Shown here: positions 1 to 8,971 of the stretch, in pieces
Layout: each line of letters begins with the position of its first letter
Numbering within the stretch: position 1 is the stretch's first letter
Origin: Chlorobiota bacterium
GTDB taxonomy: Bacteria; Bacteroidota; Bacteroidia; Bacteroidales; F082
DNA length: 64,000 bases
Direction: 5' to 3'
Assembly (NCBI GenBank): GCA_030596395.1
Contig: JAUVKF010000008.1
Location: 188-64,187 of the forward strand
Made by a program: the position numbers and the translations under genes
The notes under the pieces: model-generated
The model's database searches: none
What the model was told of the DNA's origin: nothing
Seen by the model: only the letters and a program-made list of their open reading frames with translations

Positions 1-1332
1 ATATTTAAATTACATGAACCGCAGCATGGGATAGATGAAAGTCATCAAAAAGAGACTTATATCTATATGTTTTTTAGTTATGGCTATTATGAAAACCTGG
101 GTGGAGAGAACAATAAGCGGAAATATATACCCTTAAAATATAGCACTGGTAAAAAGATAAAACCTACTGATTGGGAAGACCGGCCTTTTTATCGAGCGAA
201 AAAAAATTCGTTTGAGGAAGCCATTTTGTTAAATTGCAGACTGGATATGCTAGAGGATGAAATCAATAAAATTTATCGGGAATACGAACAAAAAGGCTTG
301 TTACCTGATCCTGCACAGCTTAAAGAACACCTTGATCAGTTAGTAGCCAATAAAATAAAACGGCCTGTCAGGGTAATGAACGATTATATTTCAAACTTCA
401 TAGTGGAGGCCAGCCGGGGCAAAAGACTTACTGCAAAAAAAACCAGGTACCGGAAACAATCCATTAAAAATTTACAGGGATTCTATGTCCAGTTTCAAAA
501 GTATCAGAAGAGCATATCCCAAACCCTGAATTATGAACAGGTAACTGTGGAATTCTTAAAGGACTTTATTAAATATTTTACTGATAAAGGCTATAGCCAG
601 AATACAATATCAAGGCATATTAAGCACTTGAGAATGTTAATGAGAGCATCGAGAGAAGAAGGATTGCACGACAACATTGAAATTGATAGCGGGCGATTTA
701 AAGTTGAACCTGTCGAAGTAGAGCGCATTTTTTTAAATGAGGAAGAAATACAAAGACTTTACGAATTAAACCTATCTAAGGAGCCTGTTTTGGAATTGGT
801 TAGGGATGTGTTTTTAATTGGGTGTTATATAGCACAACGGTACAATGACTATCGTAATATTAAGAAAAAATTGTTGATAAAACTTGAGGATAAAAGTAAA
901 GGAATAAAAATCTTTCAGTCAAAAACAGGAAAAAGTGTATTGGTGCCTTTGAGGCCAGAAGCCGACCTTTTATTAAAAAAATACAATTACAATCTACCTC
1001 ACACCTATGAGCAATTGATTAATACGAAAATGCAAATTATAGGTGAAATGGCTGGAATTACTGAGATGAAAAAAACCAATGAAATTATTAATGGTAAAAG
1101 GATTACGAAAATGGTACCCAGGTATAAACTAATTAAAACTCATTCTGCACGGCGATCGGGTTGTACCAATATGTACCTGGCAAATATTCCAGTGAATGAA
1201 ATAATGGCAATCTCAGGTCACCAAACAGTACAGGATTTTTTAAAGTATATAAGAACGACAGAAATACAGCTTGCAAATAAATTATCCAGTCATCCATATT
1301 TTTTAAATCCCGGTTTAATAATTGCAAAATGA
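1..1332 (+). CDS. Tyrosine recombinase (phage-type integrase); 5' end probably lies outside the window
   Basis: The frame of the 67..1332 ORF stays open back to base 1 (IFKLHEPQHGIDESHQKETYIY precedes the first Met), so the N-terminus is probably cut by the window edge. KYSTGKKIKPTDW resembles the Bacteroidota integrase arm-binding N-domain. Catalytic signature in the C-terminal half: IAQRYNDY (Arg), HSARRSG (His-x-x-Arg), ISGHQT...FLKYI (His ... Tyr). Confidence 0.85.
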   Translation: MFKLHEPQHGIDESHQKETYIYMFFSYGYYENLGGENNKRKYIPLKYSTGKKIKPTDWEDRPFYRAKKNSFEEAILLNCRLDMLEDEINKIYREYEQKGLLPDPAQLKEHLDQLVANKIKRPVRVMNDYISNFIVEASRGKRLTAKKTRYRKQSIKNLQGFYVQFQKYQKSISQTLNYEQVTVEFLKDFIKYFTDKGYSQNTISRHIKHLRMLMRASREEGLHDNIEIDSGRFKVEPVEVERIFLNEEEIQRLYELNLSKEPVLELVRDVFLIGCYIAQRYNDYRNIKKKLLIKLEDKSKGIKIFQSKTGKSVLVPLRPEADLLLKKYNYNLPHTYEQLINTKMQIIGEMAGITEMKKTNEIINGKRITKMVPRYKLIKTHSARRSGCTNMYLANIPVNEIMAISGHQTVQDFLKYIRTTEIQLANKLSSHPYFLNPGLIIAK

Positions 1333-1371
1333 AAAGTTATTGATGTATAAAAATGAAAAACGCTCTTAGCA

Positions 1372-1415
1372 AACAGCCCGTAAAACTCAATCTGAAATTT
1401 ACGGGCTGTTTTATT
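1372..1415 (+). terminator. Rho-independent terminator after the integrase gene
   Basis: 13-bp perfect stem aacagcccgtaaa (1372-1384) / tttacgggctgtt (1398-1410) followed by ttatt, 40 nt after the integrase stop. Confidence 0.7.
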
Positions 1416-1466
1416 GGTTGAGATACCAAGCGTACATTGTAGGGTTGTTTGTTGTTTTCCGTAGGA

Positions 1467-2099
1467 TTATTTGTATTTATTTTTATGAATTAAAACATAA
1501 TCTGACTTAACAGGAAAAAACAGAATTGTCTTATGAAAATCATGACAGCCAACCCCAACGTCAGTGACCAATTCAATCTCATATATTTTAGATTCATCAA
1601 TTGTTGACATTTTTGCTTTAAATATAACTCTCAAATAGGGCTTCTCAATTATTACATACTTTTTTTTCATCATTTCCTGTACAGGATCATTTATAAACAT
1701 TTGAGTAAAACCACTAGTTTCCCCTGGTGGAATTATAAAATATTCATTATCAGGATTAGCCGATTCTGAACTTGAAATTTTATAATCCCCATAGAACAGT
1801 TCATGATCAACATCAAATAGTTTTATCGGTATGTTTGATTTGTTAGTATAAATTGCATTAAACCCAGAAGGGGGATTATCACAGTCTGTATTTCCTGAGA
1901 ATGTTACCCAATTGAAATCTGAAAAAACAAGAACAGGCTCTAAAAACGAACTTAGATTTTGTTCAAATGATTTTAAAACTTTAGCGGTTTGATTTGATGA
2001 ATGAATAGAATAAATAAATCCTGCAATTGCTATTAGTGCAATAGCATAAGTTGCTAAATAATTAAAAATTATAAATTTTTTGCTTAATTTTTTTTTCAT
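1467..2099 (-). CDS. Hypothetical membrane-anchored protein (islet cargo)
   Basis: 210-aa ORF. Lys-rich N-terminus plus one hydrophobic helix (FIIFNYLATYAIALIAIAGFIY). The remainder is beta-rich with no motif I recognise. Very AT-rich codon usage. Confidence 0.55.
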   Translation of the reverse strand: MKKKLSKKFIIFNYLATYAIALIAIAGFIYSIHSSNQTAKVLKSFEQNLSSFLEPVLVFSDFNWVTFSGNTDCDNPPSGFNAIYTNKSNIPIKLFDVDHELFYGDYKISSSESANPDNEYFIIPPGETSGFTQMFINDPVQEMMKKKYVIIEKPYLRVIFKAKMSTIDESKIYEIELVTDVGVGCHDFHKTILFFPVKSDYVLIHKNKYK

Positions 2100-2518
2100 T
2101 TGCGGAATTAAATTGTGTTATTCCCGCAAGTTATTAAATTAACTGCATTTTCACGACTATTTTCAACAAAAAGAAAGTTGAGGTATCATGTTATTTTGAC
2201 ATCAATCTAACATTAGGAAATGGGTTTAGGTGTTTTGTAAATATCAAAAAAAAAAAACAACACCAAGAAGCTCTTTTCCGCTTTTAAAACGAGAAGAAAT
2301 GATAAATACCTGGTGAGATATCCTGAGAAAGATGAAAAGGGTGATAACTCAATTTCATTCATGCAGTTTGCTTTAGGTGTGTTTACAATTATGGAAATGG
2401 CATTCTCACCAGATATGAAGCTGAGTGAGTTTACTGATCTGAAAACCCTTGCTGAGAATCAAGCACAGGAATATAAGAAGGCTAAAAAGACGGCAATAAG
2501 GAGGTAATCTTTTGCACT

Positions 2519-3355
2519 TTATTTTGTAAGAGCCTTCAATCCGACCATTAACATAAGTGAATCATTGAGAGACCTATACCAAAGATCTACCTCTTTTCTC
2601 CTAATGGCATTGATCAATTCTCTACTGTTTTTAAATTTATTTGTTCTAAAATCATAAATCCAATCAGTTTTTTTTTGCTGAATCCATACTATTGAAGTTG
2701 GTCCACCAATTTTATTAATATCGTTTTGGTCTTTTTCTGAGGAAGCCAGATCTTCTATATAAACTTTTATAAAAGATATAGCTTTATTAATGTCAGCATA
2801 TTTGAGAAATTGATTTACAAAAGACAAATTATTGCCGTTTTTTAAATTTATTCTATAACCAGATATTATAGAATCAATACAGTGCTTATCATACCAGTAT
2901 ATAACTGGTATAGATTTATTATACCCACATATAAATATTGTATTCGTTTGGAGGATATAGAAATCATCTCCGGATAGTTTATTTTCAGCAAATTTAAGTA
3001 ACTCATTATAGAAATTGCCGATATCAACTTCTCGGATGGTTTCTTTTTTAAAATCCTCAAAAAGACCAAAAAAACTAGTATTGTTAAATGAAAATTGACC
3101 TGACATAGCGAGTACTATATCGTTATATTGGAATAATTTAGGTGATTCATCATAATAAGCAGCCACACTTCCGTTATTATCAAAAAAAACAGCACGCGAA
3201 TCAGATCCAACTATAATTCCATCATTGCAAATAGCAGCCATAATAAGTGTTCCATGTATCTTATTATTGATCTTAGAGGAACTGCTAATTTTAATCGGAA
3301 ATAGAATAAATAAAAGGAATATAACAAAAGAATAGAAAGTGATATTGTTTTTCAT
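2519..3355 (-). CDS. Proteasome-beta/HslV-like Ntn-hydrolase fold protein with N-terminal signal/anchor
   Basis: 278-aa ORF. A hydrophobic N-terminus (FYSFVIFLLFILFPIKISS) is followed by HG|TLIMAAICNDGIIVGSDSRA...PKLFQY...MSG. This matches the proteasome-beta pattern Gly(-1)|Thr1, Asp17 (D52 here) and a Lys near position 33 (K73 here). Later, KIGGPTSIVWI resembles the SGG-plus-hydrophobic strand of the same fold. Confidence 0.5.
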   Translation of the reverse strand: MKNNITFYSFVIFLLFILFPIKISSSSKINNKIHGTLIMAAICNDGIIVGSDSRAVFFDNNGSVAAYYDESPKLFQYNDIVLAMSGQFSFNNTSFFGLFEDFKKETIREVDIGNFYNELLKFAENKLSGDDFYILQTNTIFICGYNKSIPVIYWYDKHCIDSIISGYRINLKNGNNLSFVNQFLKYADINKAISFIKVYIEDLASSEKDQNDINKIGGPTSIVWIQQKKTDWIYDFRTNKFKNSRELINAIRRKEVDLWYRSLNDSLMLMVGLKALTK

Positions 3356-3607
3356 TTAACACTAATTATGATTACACATGAAAGTTACAAAAAATTTCTA
3401 TCTTCTTTCTCAAATCATGACTAAGAATTAATCAGCAATGAATCCCTGGCACAAAAGAAGAGGTATTACAGAACCAAAGAAGGAAAAACCAGTAGAAGGC
3501 AATAAATTATTTCCACTATTGCATTGAAAGTCGGTATAAAGAAAGTGTTGGAAATATTACTGAAAACTGAAATAGTTAACAAATATTCAACCCCTTAAAC
3601 GACCCCT

Positions 3608-3649
3608 AAGAAAAAACCCGTTACTTAACATATTATTAAATAACGGGTT
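3608..3649 (-). terminator. Rho-independent terminator of tRNA-Cys
   Basis: Stem aacccgtta (3615-3623) / taacgggtt (3641-3649). Read on the minus strand it is followed by TTTTTTCTT. It lies 15 nt downstream of the tRNA 3' end. Confidence 0.65.
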
Positions 3650-3663
3650 AGTATTTTTATAAG

Positions 3664-3734
3664 AGGTACCGAGCGGATTCGAACCGCTGTACATGGTTTT
3701 GCAGACCACTGCCTAGCCACTCGGCCACGGTACC
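3664..3734 (-). tRNA. tRNA-Cys (anticodon GCA)
   Basis: The reverse complement GGTACCGTGGCCGAGTGGCTAGGCAGTGGTCTGCAAAACCATGTACAGCGGTTCGAATCCGCTCGGTACCT folds as a cloverleaf. Elements: 7-bp acceptor GGTACCG/CGGTACC; anticodon stem GTGGT/ACCAT with loop CTGCAAA (anticodon GCA); T-arm AGCGG-TTCGAAT-CCGCT; discriminator U (the Cys identity base). CCA is not encoded. Confidence 0.93.
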
Positions 3735-3778
3735 AAAATAAAATCAGGAGCGCAAAATTAACAAAATATCAGAATAAT

Positions 3779-4186
3779 TTAATCTGATTTTCTTGATAGC
3801 CTCTTCATCCAGAACCAATGGAAAAGAAAAAGGAGGATTGTAATGATAACCAGAAGCCCATTTACAATTATCGAACGAAAAGCATCATGTTTGACCTTTG
3901 AAATAGCATCTTGTTTGGCAGCCTCATACATCGAATTAAGTGTTACATCATCAAGGGTGAGTCCGTGTTCAGGATCCAGCGACTTCATAATGTCAACTTT
4001 ATAATTGTCAAAAGAAGCCAGGCTCGGAGAGTCCTTTCCATAAGTGCGGTAGGCATTTATCGGATCAGTAAGATCCATTAACGAATAAACCATTGAAGTG
4101 GCGCAAATCAAAAATGTAATTACCGCGACAATACATAACGCATAACCATAAATCATCTGAATTTTCTGGGTTTTGTCCTTTTCCAT
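3779..4186 (-). CDS. Hypothetical two-helix membrane protein
   Basis: 135-aa ORF with hydrophobic helices near both ends (YALCIVAVITFLICATSMVY; IIVNGLLVIITILLFLFHWFW). No recognisable catalytic motif. Confidence 0.5.
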   Translation of the reverse strand: MEKDKTQKIQMIYGYALCIVAVITFLICATSMVYSLMDLTDPINAYRTYGKDSPSLASFDNYKVDIMKSLDPEHGLTLDDVTLNSMYEAAKQDAISKVKHDAFRSIIVNGLLVIITILLFLFHWFWMKRLSRKSD

Positions 4187-4266
4187 AGTTGTAAATTTTT
4201 GGTTTGAGATTATAATAACTAACGAAATTACAACATGACAAATAAGAAGTCAAGCTTTCATGGTGA

Positions 4267-4458
4267 TTATTTGCCCGATTTAGCAAGGGTTTTTAAACAT
4301 TCAAGGCATAAACAGGAATCAAACTCTTTGTTAATTTCATCAAGGACAAGGGGCGGAACATCAATCTCAAAACACCAGCATTTGCCCGATTTACCGCAAT
4401 CGAATTTATTGCCACAACGTGGACAGATTTCTTTTTCAACCAGTTTCTTATTCATCAA
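4267..4458 (-). CDS. Cysteine-rich CWC-family small protein
   Basis: 63 aa with CPRCGNKFDCGKSGKCWCFE...CLCLEC, the Cys pattern I associate with the cysteine-rich CWC family. Its ATG overlaps the folB stop (ATGA at 4455-4458). Confidence 0.6.
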   Translation of the reverse strand: MMNKKLVEKEICPRCGNKFDCGKSGKCWCFEIDVPPLVLDEINKEFDSCLCLECLKTLAKSGK

Positions 4459-4805
4459 TAGTCGAGTTCAAGGCTAACAAAATCAATCTTGCCACCCAGG
4501 GGTGGGTTTAATTTTCTGATCTTTATTCGGGCGCTAATAATTACTGGAAACTCATCCCGGATACGGTTTAAAATTCTTCTTCCTACATGCTCAAGTAATT
4601 TCGAAGGCGTTTTCATCTCCACTTTTACCAGCGAATAGATTGTTTGATAATTTACTGTATTGTGTAAATCATCTGTCGATTCTGCTTTAGATGTATCCGT
4701 TTTCAAAAACAGGTCAATACTAAATTTGGTACCAATAATCGCCTCTTCTTTAAAACAACCATGGTAAGCGAAAAACTCCATTCCTTCAATAGAAATCACC
4801 GACAT
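4455..4805 (-). CDS. folB: Dihydroneopterin aldolase
   Basis: 116 aa. The N-terminal IEGMEFFAYHGCFKEEAIIGTKF and the overall size are typical of FolB. Confidence 0.75.
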   Translation of the reverse strand: MSVISIEGMEFFAYHGCFKEEAIIGTKFSIDLFLKTDTSKAESTDDLHNTVNYQTIYSLVKVEMKTPSKLLEHVGRRILNRIRDEFPVIISARIKIRKLNPPLGGKIDFVSLELDY

Positions 4806-4825
4806 GACAATTACATTAAAGTTCT

Positions 4826-6370
4826 TTAAATATTAATTGTTTCTTTTCTTCCAAGGTTTATTAATCCTTTATCAATTCGGTTTAAGGTTTCGTCTTTTCC
4901 AATCATGGCAACAATGTCGAATAGGTGCGGACCTTTTAACGCCCCGACAATTAGTAATCTGAAAGCATTCATTACCAGCCCAGTACCTAACTCGTTTTCT
5001 TCAATCCATGTTTTTAAAATGGTTTCAATATTTGAAGATGTAAAGTCATTTATCCCTTCTAAAACTAATTTTAACTGATGCATTTCATCATAGGATGTGT
5101 CTTTCCACCTCTTTTTAACAGCCTTTGGGTCATACGATTCGGGTGCAACAAAAAAGAACGAAGAATGATCCCATATATCTTCGATGAAATTAGCCCTTTC
5201 TTTTACCATCCCAATAACCGTTGCAACAAATGTAGAATCGGTATTTGATACCTTTTTAGATTTAAGAATTGGAATAAACAGCATTGCTAAATAATCATCG
5301 GTTTTTGTGATCAGATATTGATGGTTAAACCATCTGGCTTTATCCGGATCGAACTTTGATCCTGATTTACCAACACGCTCCATTGAAAAAGCTTCAACTA
5401 ATTCATCCATATTGAAAAGCTCTTTTTCGTCTCCCGGATTCCAACCCAAAAGAGCCAGCATATTGATAAAAGCGTCAGGAAAGTAACCGTCTTCCCTGTA
5501 ACCACTTGAAATTTCGCCCGATTTAGGATCTTTCCACTGCAAGGGGAAAACCGGAAATCCAAGCCGGTCACCATCTCGCTTACTTAATTTACCATTTCCT
5601 TCGGGTTTAAGCAACAAAGGTAAATGTGCAAATTCTGGTGCTTTCCAGTCAAAAGCATCATAAAGTAATTTATGCAACGGAAGCGATGGCAACCACTCCT
5701 CACCCCTGATCACATGGCTTACTTCCATTAAGTGATCGTCAACAATATTGGCCAAATGATAAGTTGGCATGCCATCCGATTTAAACAATATCTTGTCATC
5801 AAGAACACCAGTATTCACTTTGATTTCACCGCGTATCAGGTCATTTAATATTATGTCTGAATTTGCAGGCATTTTAAAACGAATGACAAATGGTGTGTCT
5901 TTGTTTAATAATGACTGAAGTTCTTCCTGACTCAGCGTAAGTGAGTTTCTTAACTTCTTGCGTTCGATAGCATTGTAAATAAAAGTTTTTTTCTCTGACT
6001 CATAACTTTTTCTTATTTCATCCAGTTCTTTGCCTGTATCAAAAGCATAGTAGGCATGGCCTGAATTTATAAGGTCAAAAGCATATTTTTGATAAATGCC
6101 TTTTCTTTCTGATTGGCGATAAGGGCCAAATGGCCCTCCTTCAACAACACCCTCATCAAATTTAATTCCACACCAATTAAAAGCGTCAATGATGTATTGT
6201 TCTGCCCCTTCCACAAAACGGTTTTGGTCAGTGTCCTCGATACGAAGAATTATTTCCCCGCCTTGTTTTTTTGCAAATAAGTAATTGTACAAAGCAGTTC
6301 TAACACCGCCAATATGCAGGGGGCCGGTTGGACTGGGGGCAAACCTTACCCTTATTTTGTTGTGATCCAT
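4826..6370 (-). CDS. gltX: Glutamate--tRNA ligase
   Basis: [24 protein letters not shown] (HIGH motif) and GKLSKRDG (KMSKS motif). 514 aa, as expected for the Bacteroidota type of GltX. Confidence 0.92.
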   Translation of the reverse strand: MDHNKIRVRFAPSPTGPLHIGGVRTALYNYLFAKKQGGEIILRIEDTDQNRFVEGAEQYIIDAFNWCGIKFDEGVVEGGPFGPYRQSERKGIYQKYAFDLINSGHAYYAFDTGKELDEIRKSYESEKKTFIYNAIERKKLRNSLTLSQEELQSLLNKDTPFVIRFKMPANSDIILNDLIRGEIKVNTGVLDDKILFKSDGMPTYHLANIVDDHLMEVSHVIRGEEWLPSLPLHKLLYDAFDWKAPEFAHLPLLLKPEGNGKLSKRDGDRLGFPVFPLQWKDPKSGEISSGYREDGYFPDAFINMLALLGWNPGDEKELFNMDELVEAFSMERVGKSGSKFDPDKARWFNHQYLITKTDDYLAMLFIPILKSKKVSNTDSTFVATVIGMVKERANFIEDIWDHSSFFFVAPESYDPKAVKKRWKDTSYDEMHQLKLVLEGINDFTSSNIETILKTWIEENELGTGLVMNAFRLLIVGALKGPHLFDIVAMIGKDETLNRIDKGLINLGRKETINI

Positions 6371-6400
6371 AATAAATTTGATTTTGGAGCGGCAAAGATA

Positions 6401-6817
6401 CTAATCTCGAATCGAATTTAACTGTTTACGCTTTCGAAGTGCCCACCAAAGAAAACCAAAAGGGGCAAGAATCATTGTCGGAATGGTGGAGTTGAGCGGC
6501 TCCGGGGTCCCCTTTGCCGAATGAACAATAAAAGTAAAACTTACAGCCAGAATAGTTGGAATTAAGACTGCAAGGAAAATCGAAAGTATTAAATTTTTGA
6601 AACGAATTGATAAATTTTCTGCAATCCGCATCATAGTCCCACCGGCAATAAAAGTGTACAAACCCTGTTTAAGAGCAGCTATCAGAGCATTAGCAAAACC
6701 ATGGTCGTAATTGATAAAGAATACGACAAAAGCAAGAAACAGGCCTCCCCCAAAACCCATTTTAGGATCGAAGTATTTATTATTGCCCAGCAAGTTAGTT
6801 TTGTTTTTTATAACCAT
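6401..6817 (-). CDS. Hypothetical integral membrane protein
   Basis: 138 aa with about 4 hydrophobic segments. No motif recognised. Confidence 0.5.
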   Translation of the reverse strand: MVIKNKTNLLGNNKYFDPKMGFGGGLFLAFVVFFINYDHGFANALIAALKQGLYTFIAGGTMMRIAENLSIRFKNLILSIFLAVLIPTILAVSFTFIVHSAKGTPEPLNSTIPTMILAPFGFLWWALRKRKQLNSIRD

Positions 6818-6899
6818 GATTTGTTACTCAGCCAACAAATTTACTGAAAAACAAAAGGGACTGTTTAGAAAGCCCCTTATGAAAAAGATTATCACTTGG

Positions 6900-8879
6900 T
6901 TATTTAACAAACTTTCTTGTAAAGCTGTACTGCCCTTCTGTAATGTGTATAAAATATATTCCAAGAGAAAGATTTGATGTGTTGTAGTGAATATATTTTT
7001 GGTTTGAATTCTGCAGAGAAAGTGTTTTACCTGACAGGTCGGTAATCCTGATTTCTTTTTGCTTATTTGATTGGTTTAAAAAGTAGATATTCAAATAATT
7101 GTTTACCGGATTTGGACCGATACTAAAATAAACCGGAGATTCAGTTTCAGCAACAGACGGATAAATACTGCCAACTTTTTCCATGGTCCAGTCTTCCGGA
7201 TCAACAATAATGTCTGTTACTTCTTTGCTTGTGTAAACCGAAAAACTGTTAATGTTATCAGTTTGGATAAACTGAACAATTGTGTCGGTACCATCGTTGA
7301 AAACCAATTTATAATCCATAAGCATCTCGAAAAAAAGAGTTGCCGTTGTTGAAGGTGTTTGCGTAACAGTCATATAAAAAGCTCCCTCTGATGTAGAATA
7401 TTCGATATCATAAATGGGATATCCTTGTCCGTAATACCATTGATCGAAAAATTGTTCAAAGTCCATTCCGGTTACATCTTCAGCTACATTTTTGAAGTCA
7501 TCACCGGTTGCTGTGCTGTCAGTAAATTCTATCTGAAATGTTTTCAAAACATTAAAAAACATGTCATCGTCCTGTATTTCATGCCTTAATGTATGAACAA
7601 TTGCAGCGCCTTTATCGTATGATAACCTTCCGTTGAATATTCGCCATTGGTCACCCATGTCTTCGCTGATTTGGTCCTCGGGGATATAAGTGCTACCACC
7701 CGGTTGGGATATTGCTCTATTTTGAGCATTGGATATAAAAACCCTGCCGCTTTCCCATCCATGAATATATTCCTCAGCAAGGTAATTTGAATAAGTTGCA
7801 AAGCCTTCATTAATCCAGACGTCACTCCATGTAGCACAGGTTACATTGTCGCCAAACCACATATGACCTAATTCATGTGCTACCAATCCAAAACCGAAAC
7901 CCCCTAATGTAGTCATGGTTTGGTGCTCCATTCCACCACCCAGCTGGGTCAGACAGTGTCCGTATTTTTCTTCATGGAATGGATAAAGAATAAAAAGGTC
8001 AGAAAACAATTCAACCATTTCGTTGGTAGCATCCATGCCAGCTTTGTTGTTTTCCAAACAATTAGGTGCATCATAAATAAAATTTTGTATAAGAATAGAA
8101 TCACCATTCATCGCATCAGGATGTGCATAGGTATTGTATTCCTGATATTCCGAAACAGCAAATGAGATGAGATAATATGCAATCGGATATTTAGACTTCC
8201 ATTCGTAGCGGGTCATGCCATTACCAAGATTGACCACGTTTGTCAAAATGCCCTGCGAACCAGCCATATTGGTAGAGTCAGTCGTTAGAAAAACCCAGAC
8301 CGAATCTGCTTTATCTTCAAGAACCTGTTTTACCGGAAACCACTTTTTTGCACCAAAAGGTTCGGATAATGACCATGTAACATGCTTTTGATATTTTTCA
8401 CTATAAGCATGACTAAGCGTTGAAAGACCACTACCTGAACCAGGATCACCATGGTAAAAAATCTGGACTGTAAAGGCTGTGTTTAAGCTGATTGATGTAA
8501 CAGGGACCATAACATTATCTCCTTCAATGATCGTATCATTCGTGTAATTTACCCCGTCGATCAGGATCGTATCAATAATTAAATCAGGAATTAGTTCGAA
8601 CGCAAAAGTGTCTAATTCAACAACTGATTTAGCGTTAATTGTAACATTTCCTGAAATATAAGTTGAGGTATTTGAGACCTCTATATCCAGATGATAAAAC
8701 TTTACATCGTAATGATAAAGCAAATCGCTTTGTAAGATATACAAATGTTCAGGAGACAAAACTCCACGATCCTGCGGAATATGAGAACATTTTTGCTCAA
8801 TATTGTAATTGGTATTCCATTGTCCAAAAGTGCTGGCTATCGTTGATAATAGAATAACGGAAAGAAAAACTCGTTTCAT
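6900..8879 (-). CDS. M1-family zinc aminopeptidase with T9SS C-terminal sorting domain
   Basis: Signal peptide, GGMEHQTM (GxMEN-like), HELGHMWFGD (HExxH) plus WINEGFATY (distal Glu). The C-terminal ~80 aa (FSIGPNPVNNYLNIYF...GIYFIHI...RKFVK) look like a T9SS sorting domain. Confidence 0.85.
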   Translation of the reverse strand: MKRVFLSVILLSTIASTFGQWNTNYNIEQKCSHIPQDRGVLSPEHLYILQSDLLYHYDVKFYHLDIEVSNTSTYISGNVTINAKSVVELDTFAFELIPDLIIDTILIDGVNYTNDTIIEGDNVMVPVTSISLNTAFTVQIFYHGDPGSGSGLSTLSHAYSEKYQKHVTWSLSEPFGAKKWFPVKQVLEDKADSVWVFLTTDSTNMAGSQGILTNVVNLGNGMTRYEWKSKYPIAYYLISFAVSEYQEYNTYAHPDAMNGDSILIQNFIYDAPNCLENNKAGMDATNEMVELFSDLFILYPFHEEKYGHCLTQLGGGMEHQTMTTLGGFGFGLVAHELGHMWFGDNVTCATWSDVWINEGFATYSNYLAEEYIHGWESGRVFISNAQNRAISQPGGSTYIPEDQISEDMGDQWRIFNGRLSYDKGAAIVHTLRHEIQDDDMFFNVLKTFQIEFTDSTATGDDFKNVAEDVTGMDFEQFFDQWYYGQGYPIYDIEYSTSEGAFYMTVTQTPSTTATLFFEMLMDYKLVFNDGTDTIVQFIQTDNINSFSVYTSKEVTDIIVDPEDWTMEKVGSIYPSVAETESPVYFSIGPNPVNNYLNIYFLNQSNKQKEIRITDLSGKTLSLQNSNQKYIHYNTSNLSLGIYFIHITEGQYSFTRKFVK

Positions 8880-8971
8880 AATTTACAATTTATGCAGTAA
8901 TTGATGTTTATATTTGCCAAAAGTATAAAAACGTTTTTTGTCCGACATTGAAATAATTTGATTAGTCGTTT

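Noticed and set aside
2313-2507. 64-aa GTG-initiated ORF between the two islet cargo genes
   Set aside because: Short, with a non-ATG start and no recognisable motif or upstream signal. It could be a gene remnant, but I cannot support it as a feature.
4235-4477. 80-aa plus-strand ORF overlapping the CWC gene
   Set aside because: The opposite-strand ORF has a recognisable Cys-rich family pattern and is translationally coupled to folB. The plus-strand frame has no features.
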